Made by a program: the position numbers and the translations under genes
Shown here: positions 1-10,928 of the stretch, piece by piece
How positions within the stretch are numbered: position 1 is the first letter of the stretch
How the letters are laid out: each line of letters starts with the position of its first letter
The notes under the pieces: model-generated
What the model was told of the DNA's origin: nothing
Databases searched by the model: none
The model's input: only the letters and a program-made list of their open reading frames with translations
NCBI GenBank assembly: GCA_000320545.1
Contig: ADNK01003457.1
Coordinates: 1 to 37,456, forward strand
Reading direction: 5' to 3'
Origin: Bigelowiella natans CCMP2755
Lineage: Eukaryota > Protista > Cercozoa
DNA length: 37,456 bases

Positions 1-59
1 TCTGCTACTCCTGCGCCCGCGAATGGACGCTTTAACAGATCATCAGTGACCTGTATAAT

Positions 60-100
<41 letters not shown>

Positions 101-241
101 CAATAAATATATAAATGTGTGTGTGTGTGTGTGTGCGCGCGCGTGCGCGTGTGCGACATTTAGATATGTGAATATTGTATATACTGTATATACTGATCTA
201 TCAATATATACTAATATTGATATATCATACTACTATTCAGC

Positions 242-280
<39 letters not shown>

Positions 281-1550
281 CCATCAGAACTTTGTAGGGT
301 TGAATATTGAAAGCAGTAGGAGCTCTCAATGTCAGTCCCAAGACCTGGGTTCAAAGTAGGAGTAGTAGTATTAAGTACCAACAATATACAATATTAAAAA
401 CAAAAGATGATTGTAGTGATATTAAAACAAAAACTCCTAATCAAAATTAGTATAGATTCTGGCATTAGTAGGTGATAGCAAATAGTAACTATCAAGTGTT
501 TCAGGATAACGTCAAACATGATGATAGGGAAGATCGATTGGGTTAGCCTTTCCTATGCTCTGCTGAATGTAGTATGGAGGAGCTTCTTCTTCTTCTTCTT
601 CTTCTTCTTCTTCTTCTTCTATGAAAATATAAGAAGTATTAAAGATTAATTATTACTTGATTGAGAACTTCATCAGGTATTGCCTTCTTTTCAAACTCCT
701 GCATAAATGGGTATTATGGGAATAGGATTGTGTTATCGAGTAAATGCCATTGAATATTATATATATAGATATATAATTGATATATCATATTTAATATTCG
801 AAAATATGAAAGAGGTGGCCAAACCGTGGTTGTATGCAGATTTGCATAAAGAATTAGTGATCATTAGTAATCATTAGTAATAATGTAATCCTTGAAAAAT
901 TAGTAGTAATAATGAGTAAAGAAAGAATTAATAGTAATAATAATGTCACCTACCACCTCACCAATAGCAACAACAACAACAACAACAACTACTACTACTA
1001 CTACTTCGTCGTATGTTGTTAAGAAGATATCAACCAATCACTGTTACTACTTTCTTGCCGTTATGTGACAGCTTAGCAATAGTAGTAATATTCTCACCCC
1101 CCCTTTTCTTTTTCATCATCATCATCTTCTTCTTAATAATAATATCGTCGTTTAAATATCTCCACATCCATCCACCCTCCCCCCACCTTGCAAGAGAATC
1201 GAGCCAATGTAAGTCTCTTAAAGGCCTGTATGTAGAATAAAGTAGGTGTAAATATTAGTATTTGTTGTTGTTGTTGTTGTTGTTGTTGTTACCACAAAGG
1301 AAGAAACAACAACGATGCGTAGGTTATTTATGTTGATCGACGAGTATAATCCTGTTATTACTATCTCTTCTTCTTCTTCTTCTTCTTCTTCTTCTTCGTC
1401 AATATTAGGTGTTCTTGTGTACCAACCTGAGGCTCGGATCCGTCTAGAATTCTTTCAATCCTACTCATATTGCGTATTCCTGGTGGTGTTGATTAAGATA
1501 TAAGTATTGGTTAATCATCAATAATCTATATTTGATTTGTGGACTACTAT

Positions 1551-1585
<35 letters not shown>

Positions 1586-2366
1586 TTACTACTACTACTA
1601 CTATTACTACTACTACTAGCACTTCAAAACAAACACAAAAACAACAACAGTGTTCCTTCTTCTTCTTCTTCTCTTTCTACATGGTCAATCATGCATTTCA
1701 TACATCATAATCACTATGCTCTGGCTCTTCTTATCCTCATATCTGTATCATTAGGCTACTGACTTACTACTGCTATCACCAATCAATCAATCAGCACATG
1801 GGTTGTTGTATGTGTGCATGCATGTTGTTATATAGGGTCTCCAGCACCTTTAAAAGGCCTTGGCGCTTGTTCTAAGGATAATAATAATAATGCCACAAGA
1901 TGTTGTTAATAATAATCATCAACCCAACACTTGCAGTAGTACATAACATGCATACATACATGCCTGTGAGATAGGCTGATTTTTATTCTTATTAGTATTA
2001 ATTATAATCATCATCATTAAATATATGATGATTGGTGGTGCTGTCCAAGAAAAAGAGAGAGCAGTGATAATCCATCACTGATGTTTATTCTAATACGACT
2101 CCTCACACAATCAACTTGGATGACATAACAAATGGTTATAACAATGAAAATAGTAAAAATGATAATGATTAAGTAGTATAGTAACAGATAATAAATAATA
2201 ATCGAAGGGCGTCGGGCAGGAAGTAGTATATCTCACCAGGGATAGTGAGTGGTGCTCTGTCCCCTTTCTTCGATTTACGCCCTTTCTTACCCGAGGAGGA
2301 AGGGTTAGATCTGAGGAGGTACATTGTTCAACAACAATAAGGAAGGATTAGATCTGAGGAGGTAGG

Positions 2367-2400
<34 letters not shown>

Positions 2401-2789
2401 ACTCATCGTACTCACACGTCGTCACCACCACCACCACCACCACCACCATATTCCTCTTGTTCTCCAGCAACAAGCTCCTTACATGCATCATCACTCAAGT
2501 ATTATAACAACTATGCTTCCTCTACTTTGTTCCAACAACACTATGGCACGTGAAGGATACAAGACAGTATGAATAAATAATAATAATAAATAAACAATAA
2601 TAACGTGCAAATAATCAGCATATGTTCTTCTTTTTCTTCTTCTCCTTACGGTTGCTCAGATGATGCTGCCTCTGCTAAGAAAAATATAAAACGATGATTA
2701 TCACATAGCCGTTATTCGAGTGACAATAGCAGGTCTTACTACTTAGCCATCAAGTCAATATTTAATCACCACCACTACCACCACCACAC

Positions 2790-2823
<34 letters not shown>

Positions 2824-4245
2824 TGTCCAAGAAATATCAATGTAGCAGTACCAGAGCTACTTGATTCGTCTGAACTACCAGCACCGCCACCACCACCACC
2901 ACCACCACCACCACTCTTTGGCATTGGTTTGCCAAGGACCCTGTTGGATGACGAGAGGAGAAGAAAGAGAGAAATAACAACAAATAATAATCATCATCAT
3001 CAGCGGTGGCAGCAACGGCACTCCTAACATTGACGTGAGGCAGAGAAAATGAAAGGGGCTTTTGATGAGTGTGCGGCATCGATGACAAAACTTATGATTC
3101 CTATTTTGCTACTGATAAAGAAGATGGATGGATTCTCCTCACTTGAAATAATACTCTTCCTCTGTCATTTTCTTGCCGTCTCTATCCACGTATACAGGAC
3201 TATCCAAGTCTTCTCCATCGCTCTCCCATTCGTCAGAATCTGCCCACATTGTGTGTAATGAAGAAGAAAGAGCAGCATGCAAAGTTAGGAGAATCAATGA
3301 CAATACGGTCTATAGTTATTTTGCTTTTAGATGATGGCGATAAAGATGATGATGCGTTTATTTGGAAAAAAAAACAATAAATGGGCTGGCAAGGGTATTA
3401 TTATTATTACCATCATCAACAGACTCAAAAGGGTCTTTTGAGGGATCTACTGCCGATCTAACTGCTAATCTTGCTGCTCTTCCAAGATGCGCCACCTGCT
3501 AATAGATAGCGGTATTCATTGCAATTCAAACATACTGGTGGTGTAAATTGTAGTAGCTGCATGGTGATGGTGATGGTGATGGTGATGGTGATGATAACAT
3601 ATTGTAATTGATGTGTGACAACAGTTTTTAAAAACTAGGTGTTTTAGTACATGTGGAGGAGTAGATTTCGCTTCGACCACGGATGAACGAGAGGGCAATT
3701 GCCAGAGTGAAGGCTTGGACCACGGGACGACATTACTAATAGCATTTATTATTCATCCATCGATGGTGGGTGGTGGTGGTAAACAAGATGTCTGTCAAAC
3801 AATGGATGATGATGATGATGATGATCTCTTGTTGCGTGCCAATCAATATGACGTAACAACCACAAGGTTAGGCATTGTTCCTTCAAAATGTAGATCGATG
3901 TTTTTATCTTAATAATGCGTATAGCAGTAGTATTAGTTAGAACAACATATTTCTCCTACACCGAGGAGTAACAACTCTGACCTTGCTGCTGCCCTCGCCC
4001 TGCTTACCGTCGATCTAAAATAATGCATCGATGTTCTGATAATCGGAATCATGGGGTATCTATCATCCCAGCAAAAATTTCGAAGATGACATTAAGGAAA
4101 GTGTGAAAACAGGTACAGATATTGTTTGTTACCTTGGTGTAATGGCGGCTACTTCAGCCTTACTACTGCTACTATTGCTGACAACAATTGAAACAGCTGC
4201 CATAGTAATGAAGAGGAATGCTAGCAAGAGTGTCTTTGCCTTCAT
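1..4245 (-). CDS. Nitroreductase-family flavoprotein with long low-complexity N-terminal extension; multi-exon, 3' end outside window, 5' exons only partly resolved
   Basis: Phase-0 GT-AG exons 1225-1187, 698-657 and 344-282 join to AFKRLTLARFSCK-EFEKKAIPDEVLNQ-VLGLTLRAPTAFNIQPYKVLM, matching the nitroreductase N-terminal motif (R-x-S-x-K-x-F...P...L...APS/T-x-x-N-x-QP). Upstream coding-looking exons include IRNMSRIERILDGSEPQ (~1427-1479), DSDEWESDGEDLDSPVYVDRDGKKMTEEEYYFK (~3143-3239), VLGKPMPKSG(n) (~2852-2940) and hydrophobic MKAKTLLLAFLFITMAAVSIVV (ATG 4245). The true start may lie further upstream (to ~4750), and linkage of the upstream exons to the catalytic exons is not fully traced. 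Confidence 0.72.
1543..1618. repeat. (CTA)n microsatellite, intronic
   Basis: Visible trinucleotide run with a few TTA interruptions; source of the spurious poly-Leu ORF 1532..1762. Confidence 0.95.
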
Positions 4246-4908
4246 TCTAGTAGGTCCAGCACCACCAGTAGCAGTAGTAGGAGCAGTAGCAATGTTACGA
4301 TGATACGGTTGTTGTCGTTGCAGCACCTCCATCATCATCATCTTTCTGATCAGACACAGCTCTGCTTTATATCGCACGTTCACTTCTCTTATCTTTCATT
4401 GGTTCGTAGAGACCAAGAAATCATGATAATAGCCTATAATATGTATATGCGACAACCATACCGTCATGTCGTCATTCATTAATCTAAGCGACCGAAAAAA
4501 TAGGAAGTAACATGCTCCCAACACGATGTGACTGGATGTGGGAATGGTTGAAAAGCTTGTCGTAATCATGAAAAGGAGAAGATTCATCTGATTTATTGGA
4601 TTCTTTGATAATTACGATGTCGCAGGCTTTGATTGTCATCCTTTTGGATAATGAAGGAGTTAATGACTGGCAAGGCCTCTGAACCCATCATCGCCACCAT
4701 TCTGTGAAGGAGGTGAGGAGGAGGAGGAGGGCGAGTGCAGTCAATCAACTTCATTGAGCTGCAGCAGGAAAATCGACCGGATCCGTATCTACTGGGCAGA
4801 TCCAACGAAAATTGAACATTGTTGCGAAGGGAGAATCTTTCTCCGCTAGCAGTACTAACTACAAACAGAGACTAGCATTCACTTACTAGAAGAACAACGC
4901 ATAGCAAT

Positions 4909-5018
4909 ATGTCTTCTCCTGCAAACGGTACCACTACTACTACAACTGTTGATTCTACATCAGCAGCCAAACCAGGTAACAGGAGGCCAGCAACCATATA
5001 CAGTCACACACACACACA

Positions 5019-5060
<42 letters not shown>

Positions 5061-5635
5061 TTCAGAGACAGAAAGAGAGAGAGAGAGAGATGTACAGAGA
5101 CAGAAAGAGAGAGGAATGTTAATTGTTTATCCCTCACTTGGGATTTATGAAATATCCTTTCTCATGAAATATTCAAAGAATTTTAATTTCTTTACATCTG
5201 TATACCCTCGGTGCGGGAGAATAATTAATACTTAATAACATCTCCGTAATGCTGTATTGATAGCAATGACAAAGATAACTGAAGAGGAAGGGGAGTGTTT
5301 GAATAGATGCATGAAGATCGCTGGTACTCATGCGTTAGCAGGGGCAACGCTTGGCTTAGGTGTATCAGGGATTGCAGGTAGTGATGATAACCGCCGTATA
5401 CTACAACATATAGCTAATTTGAGCTAAAATGCATTTAGTATACGGTTGTAATCGATATCACACATCGGTGATGCTCAGCTGATTACTTCAAATTATATCT
5501 CCCCCTCCTACTAGCTCGAAGAATGCGAGTACCTGGATTAAGCAGCGCAGTACTTATATCGGCTTCAGGACTTGCTGGTGGATTGACAGGTTTGGCCTAT
5601 TCGACGAAGGTATCAAAATATATCAATATCAATAT

Positions 5636-5692
<57 letters not shown>

Positions 5693-6027
5693 TTATACAG
5701 ATTTGTACCCATATGTAAATTTACGTAAATATAATATTTGGGGCTATGTACTTGGGATCGGGGTTGAAAGAATGATGATCTAAAACCTAGTTTGTTCAGG
5801 TCTGTATGGAAGAAATAATGCAGCTGGACAGACGATCTCTCGTGAAGCGGCAGCTTGTAGGAGTGTAAGTTCAATTCGTAATTTTTCACACTTTTAGGGG
5901 TGTATTTATGCTCTTCTTCTTTTTCTTTTTCTTCTTCTTAATTATGTATTAACATCGTGTTGCCTGTATCAGACTTTGTCAGTGGAATCCAGGTATGGCA
6001 GAAGCTATTGAACAAGCTCGGAAGTAG
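4909..6027 (+). CDS. Small (131 aa) two-helix membrane protein, OCIA-domain-like; 5 exons
   Basis: Exons 4909-4975, 5264-5377, 5515-5609, 5800-5864, 5973-6027, all GT-AG and phase-consistent (396 nt). Product: MSSPANG...KITEEEGECLNRCMKIAGTHALAGATLGLGVSGIAARRMRVPGLSSAVLISASGLAGGLTGLAYSTKVCMEEIMQLDRRSLVKRQLVGVLCQWNPGMAEAIEQARK. The TEEE....C / two Gly-rich helices / C.E....L..S pattern resembles OCIA domains (family call tentative). Confidence 0.72.
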
Positions 6028-6199
6028 ATATCATCATCATCGCCTCATAGAAAGAGCGAGAGAGCGATTAGTAATAATACATGTCCTTGTCTGACTTCAA
6101 ATGATCGGATTTCTATACGTGTATGCATTCACTCTTCTGTGTCTGCTGCTGTGTGCTTGTGGCGCGCATTCGCCATAAATGGAATTGCTACATTGCCAG

Positions 6200-6750
6200 T
6201 ATGGATGATGGGAATTCTACTTATATTTAACCTAGCATCGCATGGTAGCCGACCTATATTGCGAATCGAACGACAGTCGAGTACTAGTAGCTAGAGCGAT
6301 ACGCAAACAACGCACAGTGCGTGTGCTGCGCAGTGCCTGGTAGCCGTCGTAGCCACGACGCTGCATATACAGCTGGCACGTATACACCTCAGCTAGCTCA
6401 GGCTACAGCTAGCGTCCAGTATGTACAGAGAGCACTTCTCTCCTACGTGCACACATATCTAGATATGCACGGCCGTCGTCCCGCGCCACCTAGCTAGCTA
6501 GCCACATGCACACGTACATAATGCTTGTTTCTTTGGATTTGCACCATGTTCATCTTCATGGCTAGATGCTAGATATAGATGGGATCACGTATACGTGAGG
6601 ATGCGTGCATTTGATGCTAGCATCGCTAGATCGCATAGACAGTGCGCGCTACATGCAGGTGCAAGCCGCCACGTCTAGACGTACAGCACAGCTAGACAGC
6701 GTGTATTGTGATGTTCGCGTGATAACACACACACCACGTAAACGGATTAC
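6200..6750. other. Convergent intergenic spacer 1: CTAG/TGCA/CATG-rich domain with central GC core (6470-6487)
   Basis: Lies between stops at 6027 (+) and 7009 (-). Contains cctagctagctagcc, cagctagctcaggctacagctagc and gctagatgctagat; core cggccgtcgtcccgcgcc. Confidence 0.7.
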
Positions 6751-7008
6751 AGAATGACGGCACATGCAAATCACTTATACACTACCTATGTTGCCATGGA
6801 GCGCAGCACCACTACTACTGCTACTGCTACTACTACTACTACTAAGATCACGACTACTGCGTCTATTATCAGCAATAATATTGTAGAATACTCAATAATG
6901 AATAAATTAAATAACAAGGAGGCTAAAGAGTAGCTCCTGAGACAGCAGCAGCCATTCGTATACTATGATGTGCCCTACCGCATGGCTCTATCACTTCTGT
7001 AGCAGTAG

Positions 7009-7489
7009 TTACGTTGATGGTGATACCGCTGTTGTCACACGAAAAGACTTCCATACAGCTGGCTGTTGCTTAGCTGTATGGATGAATAAAATGTAGTTGT
7101 TATTGCATAATATCATCACATGAACTAAGCTCTCAGTAACCACAAAGTTGGAAACACTCGTCAAACACTGCAAATGCTGCAAAGCAACATGATGATAATA
7201 ATGACTGTATACACTACTACTACTCTACTACTTACTACTACTACCGAAATTGCCCCACTGGTCCAAATTTGTCCTAGCAACGAAACGAAAGAGCTTCCCC
7301 TTTCATCATCATCAGTTTATTGCATTGCATGCAGCAAAGATACGAATCATTATGATTGGAATACGGACAAAACTAAAAATTGATGATGCTGTGATCATTC
7401 ACCTCAGCAACTGTTGTAGAAACATATGCGAGGGTTTTGATGGGACATTGTCCTGTGTAATACACAGACACACACATACACACGCACGC

Positions 7490-7560
<71 letters not shown>

Positions 7561-8677
7561 AGTCTTATATTTGAATACTAAAAATAATTTCTGCATAGAT
7601 TGACATTGTTTGCTCAATGTGATAGTAGTATAAAATGATGATTGATGATTGTACAAACCCCAGGCGTACTAGTATAAAATGATGATTGATGATTTTACGA
7701 ACCCCAGGCGTACTTGGATTCTTCGTAGCTACACTTCCTAGAGAATAGGTTGTTTATAACAACAAAGAACGAATTGTTTCAATTTCTTCGATTGCAGCTC
7801 TCTTCACTCTTATCTCTCGCATCAATTAACATTAAAAATAAAAAAATACATGTATGTATTAGTTAATATCAATATCGATATATTATATTATTTTGCAAAT
7901 CCCTCCTTTCTATGAATGACGACACGCCTTTATATCGTCCTATTATTGTTCTTCTTCTTATTATTATTATTATTACTTTGGAGAGAAGGCAAGCTTATAA
8001 TCGTAGTATTTGACCCCATTTTCATCTAGCCGGATATCCACTCCCATCAAATCAGCCTGTTAATTATTGTTGCATCATCATCATCATCTTCTTCTTCTTC
8101 TTCATCATCATCCGTCATCAATTACGCTCATGTAAGGAGAAAACTACCTCGTTAACATACAAAATGCTGCATGATCTGTCACATTCCTACGACTACTAGT
8201 ACTACGACGTTCGTTCTGAACAATAGCATACTTACTTCTTTGAGCTCTGTATCATCCTTTGTAATCATCTGGATGTAGCGATCGCTCTCAGGGCGTCCAA
8301 AGTCGCTTACTGATGCTTCCTGTTAGATGGTGGAAGAATGAATTATGAATATGCATGTTGTTGGACAATGGTTCTTCTTCTTCTTCTTCTTCTTCTTCTT
8401 CTTCTTCTTCTTCTTGTAATAATCTAACATATTACACCGACAATGACTTACAGAAACAGGAAAAGAAGAGATCTCGATACGTGAGAACACCGCGTTGTCA
8501 CTGATAGGTTCCTGATTTATTCCATAATTATAGCATATCTGTACATATTGCTAAGGATGGGGCTGTTGATGCTGCTGGTGCCGATGAAATTGTGATGATG
8601 AGTGATGATTATTATCGTCATGAGATAATTGAAGATGAGGACGGTTATAGTACGTACTTCAGGCTAATACATACAAT

Positions 8678-8721
<44 letters not shown>

Positions 8722-9267
8722 TGTTATACTACTACAACAACTTACTTCTACTTCTACTCCTACTACTACTATTATCTAATTCTACTACCTTTAACAGAAT
8801 CCAATTCTTCATGCTACCTGAACAATTTACCATAACACAATAACAAAAACAACAGCAAAGTTAGTGATATTTAATATCGTAAAATGAAGCACAAAGCTAT
8901 TGGCAGAAAATATTTATCTATTTGTATAGAATGTATTCACTAATGCGACACCCGTATACTCTTCGATAGGGTATATCTTCTATAGCCCCCCTTTTCATCA
9001 CCCTATATTACTTACTATACTACTGTTTTCTACGATTACTACCACTACCTTCGTTGTTTACTTCTGTTTGTGTCATTTTCCAGACTCTGGGATACTCAAA
9101 TCGAGCCTGGATGTAGAAGCAGAAAAAAGTGTAAGTACCTGTCCTAGTCATCATTCTTCAATCTCACACTCGTGCTTCTCAAAATGACGAATAAATGCAA
9201 TTTGGAAAGGTATTAGATTATAATTATGAATATTTCACAATGGTGCCAAAGAAGCCGTAGTATATGA

Positions 9268-9307
<40 letters not shown>

Positions 9308-9537
9308 CGGCCTTAGAGCCTCCTCCTGGTGTGAATGTTTCCACTTCATTATCAGCTCCCTGCTCAGGGTCAAGATTATACTGATCCTAGGAGGAGGAGA
9401 AGGAGAAGAAGAAGGGTAACAAGAAGAAAAAGATGATAGAAGGAATGGTGTAGGGAACAAAGAAGTGAATGAGAGAAGGAGCAAAAGAGGATAGTGCAGG
9501 GGAAACGAGGAGTTGGAGGAGAAATATATACATATTG

Positions 9538-9587
<50 letters not shown>

Positions 9588-10216
9588 GATCAAGCAACTA
9601 TCGCTAAACATAATCACGACACAATAAGGGAACTCATGCAGCATCACCACAGGACAGGGGTGGGCTGGTAGTAGTAGGGTATTTAATATATCCAAAACGC
9701 ATTGCTGAGACTGACCACATTGCCAATAGCAGTGCTCGCACCACGGGCAGAAAGAATAGGTGAATTCGTGGCGGAAAGGCCAAGATTGAGGGCGAGAATC
9801 GGTAAAACTCCTCGAAGGATTCTACTTCGGGTGACTAGTTGTGATAGTAGAGGAGCATTTATTTTATATCATCATGTATGTAGCACTGATTTCTATCACA
9901 CTCGAATAATTAGCACTTACCTTGCACACCATCGCCCACCATTGTATCATCTCTATTTGAGCTTAGTCTTCTAACTCTTCTCCTCGACGGAATGTCTCGG
10001 ATATATCGGTGTCTTGACAGAGCAGAGCTGCTGCAAGTCTATGGATGCACAATTATGGTGAGTTAAAATCCTATTCATGAGTTGGTACACACTTACCTTC
10101 CCTGTGGATGCTTGCTTATAGCAAATTTGACCAATATTGTGGCGGCCAATGACGGAACTACCCCCATAAACAGCCATGAGCAGCGTCTGGACGACGTAGA
10201 CGTGGAGGAGGTGCAT
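7009..10216 (-). CDS. PsbP-domain (PPD-like) thylakoid lumen protein, 317 aa, 13 exons, tripartite targeting leader
   Basis: Exons 10216-10097, 10038-9921, 9834-9716, 9386-9306, 9106-9049, 8817-8789, 8511-8452, 8319-8236, 8056-7977, 7737-7703, 7452-7403, 7299-7245, 7073-7009 are GT-AG and in phase (954 nt). PsbP-type motifs: ARFEYPRVW, SVSDFGRPE, ADLMGVDIRLDENGVKYYDY, TVAEGKLFRF...DQW, and C-terminal VWKSFRV. Confidence 0.85.
7490..7561. repeat. (GA)n microsatellite, intronic
   Basis: Visible dinucleotide run inside PsbP-domain gene intron 10. Confidence 0.95.
7626..7713. repeat. 44-bp tandem duplication spanning a splice donor
   Basis: 7626-7669 and 7670-7713, tagtataaaatgatgattgatgatt(g/t)tac(a/g)aaccccaggcgtac, 2 mismatches. 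Confidence 0.9.
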
Positions 10217-10225
10217 GTGGCAAGG

Positions 10226-10762
10226 ATGGGTTCTTCAAAGCCGAAAAAGTTACGGAATCCAGGCGGTAATCTTCGGAATCCATACACTATTAATCGGCAT
10301 CCAGACTACTACAAAGTATGGATTCCGAGTGAATGATCTGTACAAGTAGTAGCTCTTTACTCGCACTAAAAGAGGAGCAACCAAACGGCCTCTTTTCATC
10401 TTTTTTCCCCAAAAAATGCCTTTTGCCTTTCCTTTCGAATGTAGAGGATTTTCAATCTGCGACAACTGATATAAACAGTTACACGAAAGCAAGCTCCATC
10501 CACAATGTCCTTGTTGAGGCATATTCGACTGATATGCATGCGATTTTCACTCAACGTCTTGATACATATATTGTCGCAGTAACAATTTCAATAGCCCGTG
10601 GTAGTGTTACAAGGAAGGACCCCTACTCGTACTCGAGAAAGAAAACCACGGACGGTGTACGGTGTGAATGATGATCCGAATTTTGGATTGAAGGAAAAAG
10701 ACTACACGCTGTCAGAGAGTTGGACTTTTGAGAATGTTGTGTATGATGAGGTGATTGAATGA
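10226..10762 (+). CDS. Candidate small hypothetical protein (85-99 aa, 2-3 exons)
   Basis: 10226-10315 (MGSSKPKKLRNPGGNLRNPYTINRHPDYYK, donor GTATGG) joins in phase 0 to 10595-10762 (acceptor caatag; PVVVLQGRTPTRTRERKPRTVYGVNDDPNFGLKEKDYTLSESWTFENVVYDEVIE*). An optional middle exon 10447-10488 needs a GC donor. No homology recognised. Confidence 0.35.
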
Positions 10763-10928
10763 GCAGCTAGATTAGAGCTTCTTCTTGGGACGCTGACGCT
10801 GAACATCGAATCCTGATCCTGTTAAAAGCTAACGGAGCCTTCCAGCTTTAATCAAAGACTGTCAAAATCTTGGACACTAGTGATCTTTAGCACAAAGTTC
10901 AGCTGACTTGATCAGGACAAATCGAATT

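Noticed and set aside
10093-10287. ORF MYGFRRLPP... as first exon of the PsbP-domain gene
   Set aside because: It ends in phase 2 at the 10096 donor and hits a stop in the next exon; the ATG-10216 frame splices in phase and encodes a signal peptide.
10741-10806. ATGATGA...CTGA box C/D-like pair
   Set aside because: Only ~60 nt, weak stem, ATGATGA is very common in this sequence, and it overlaps a candidate coding exon.
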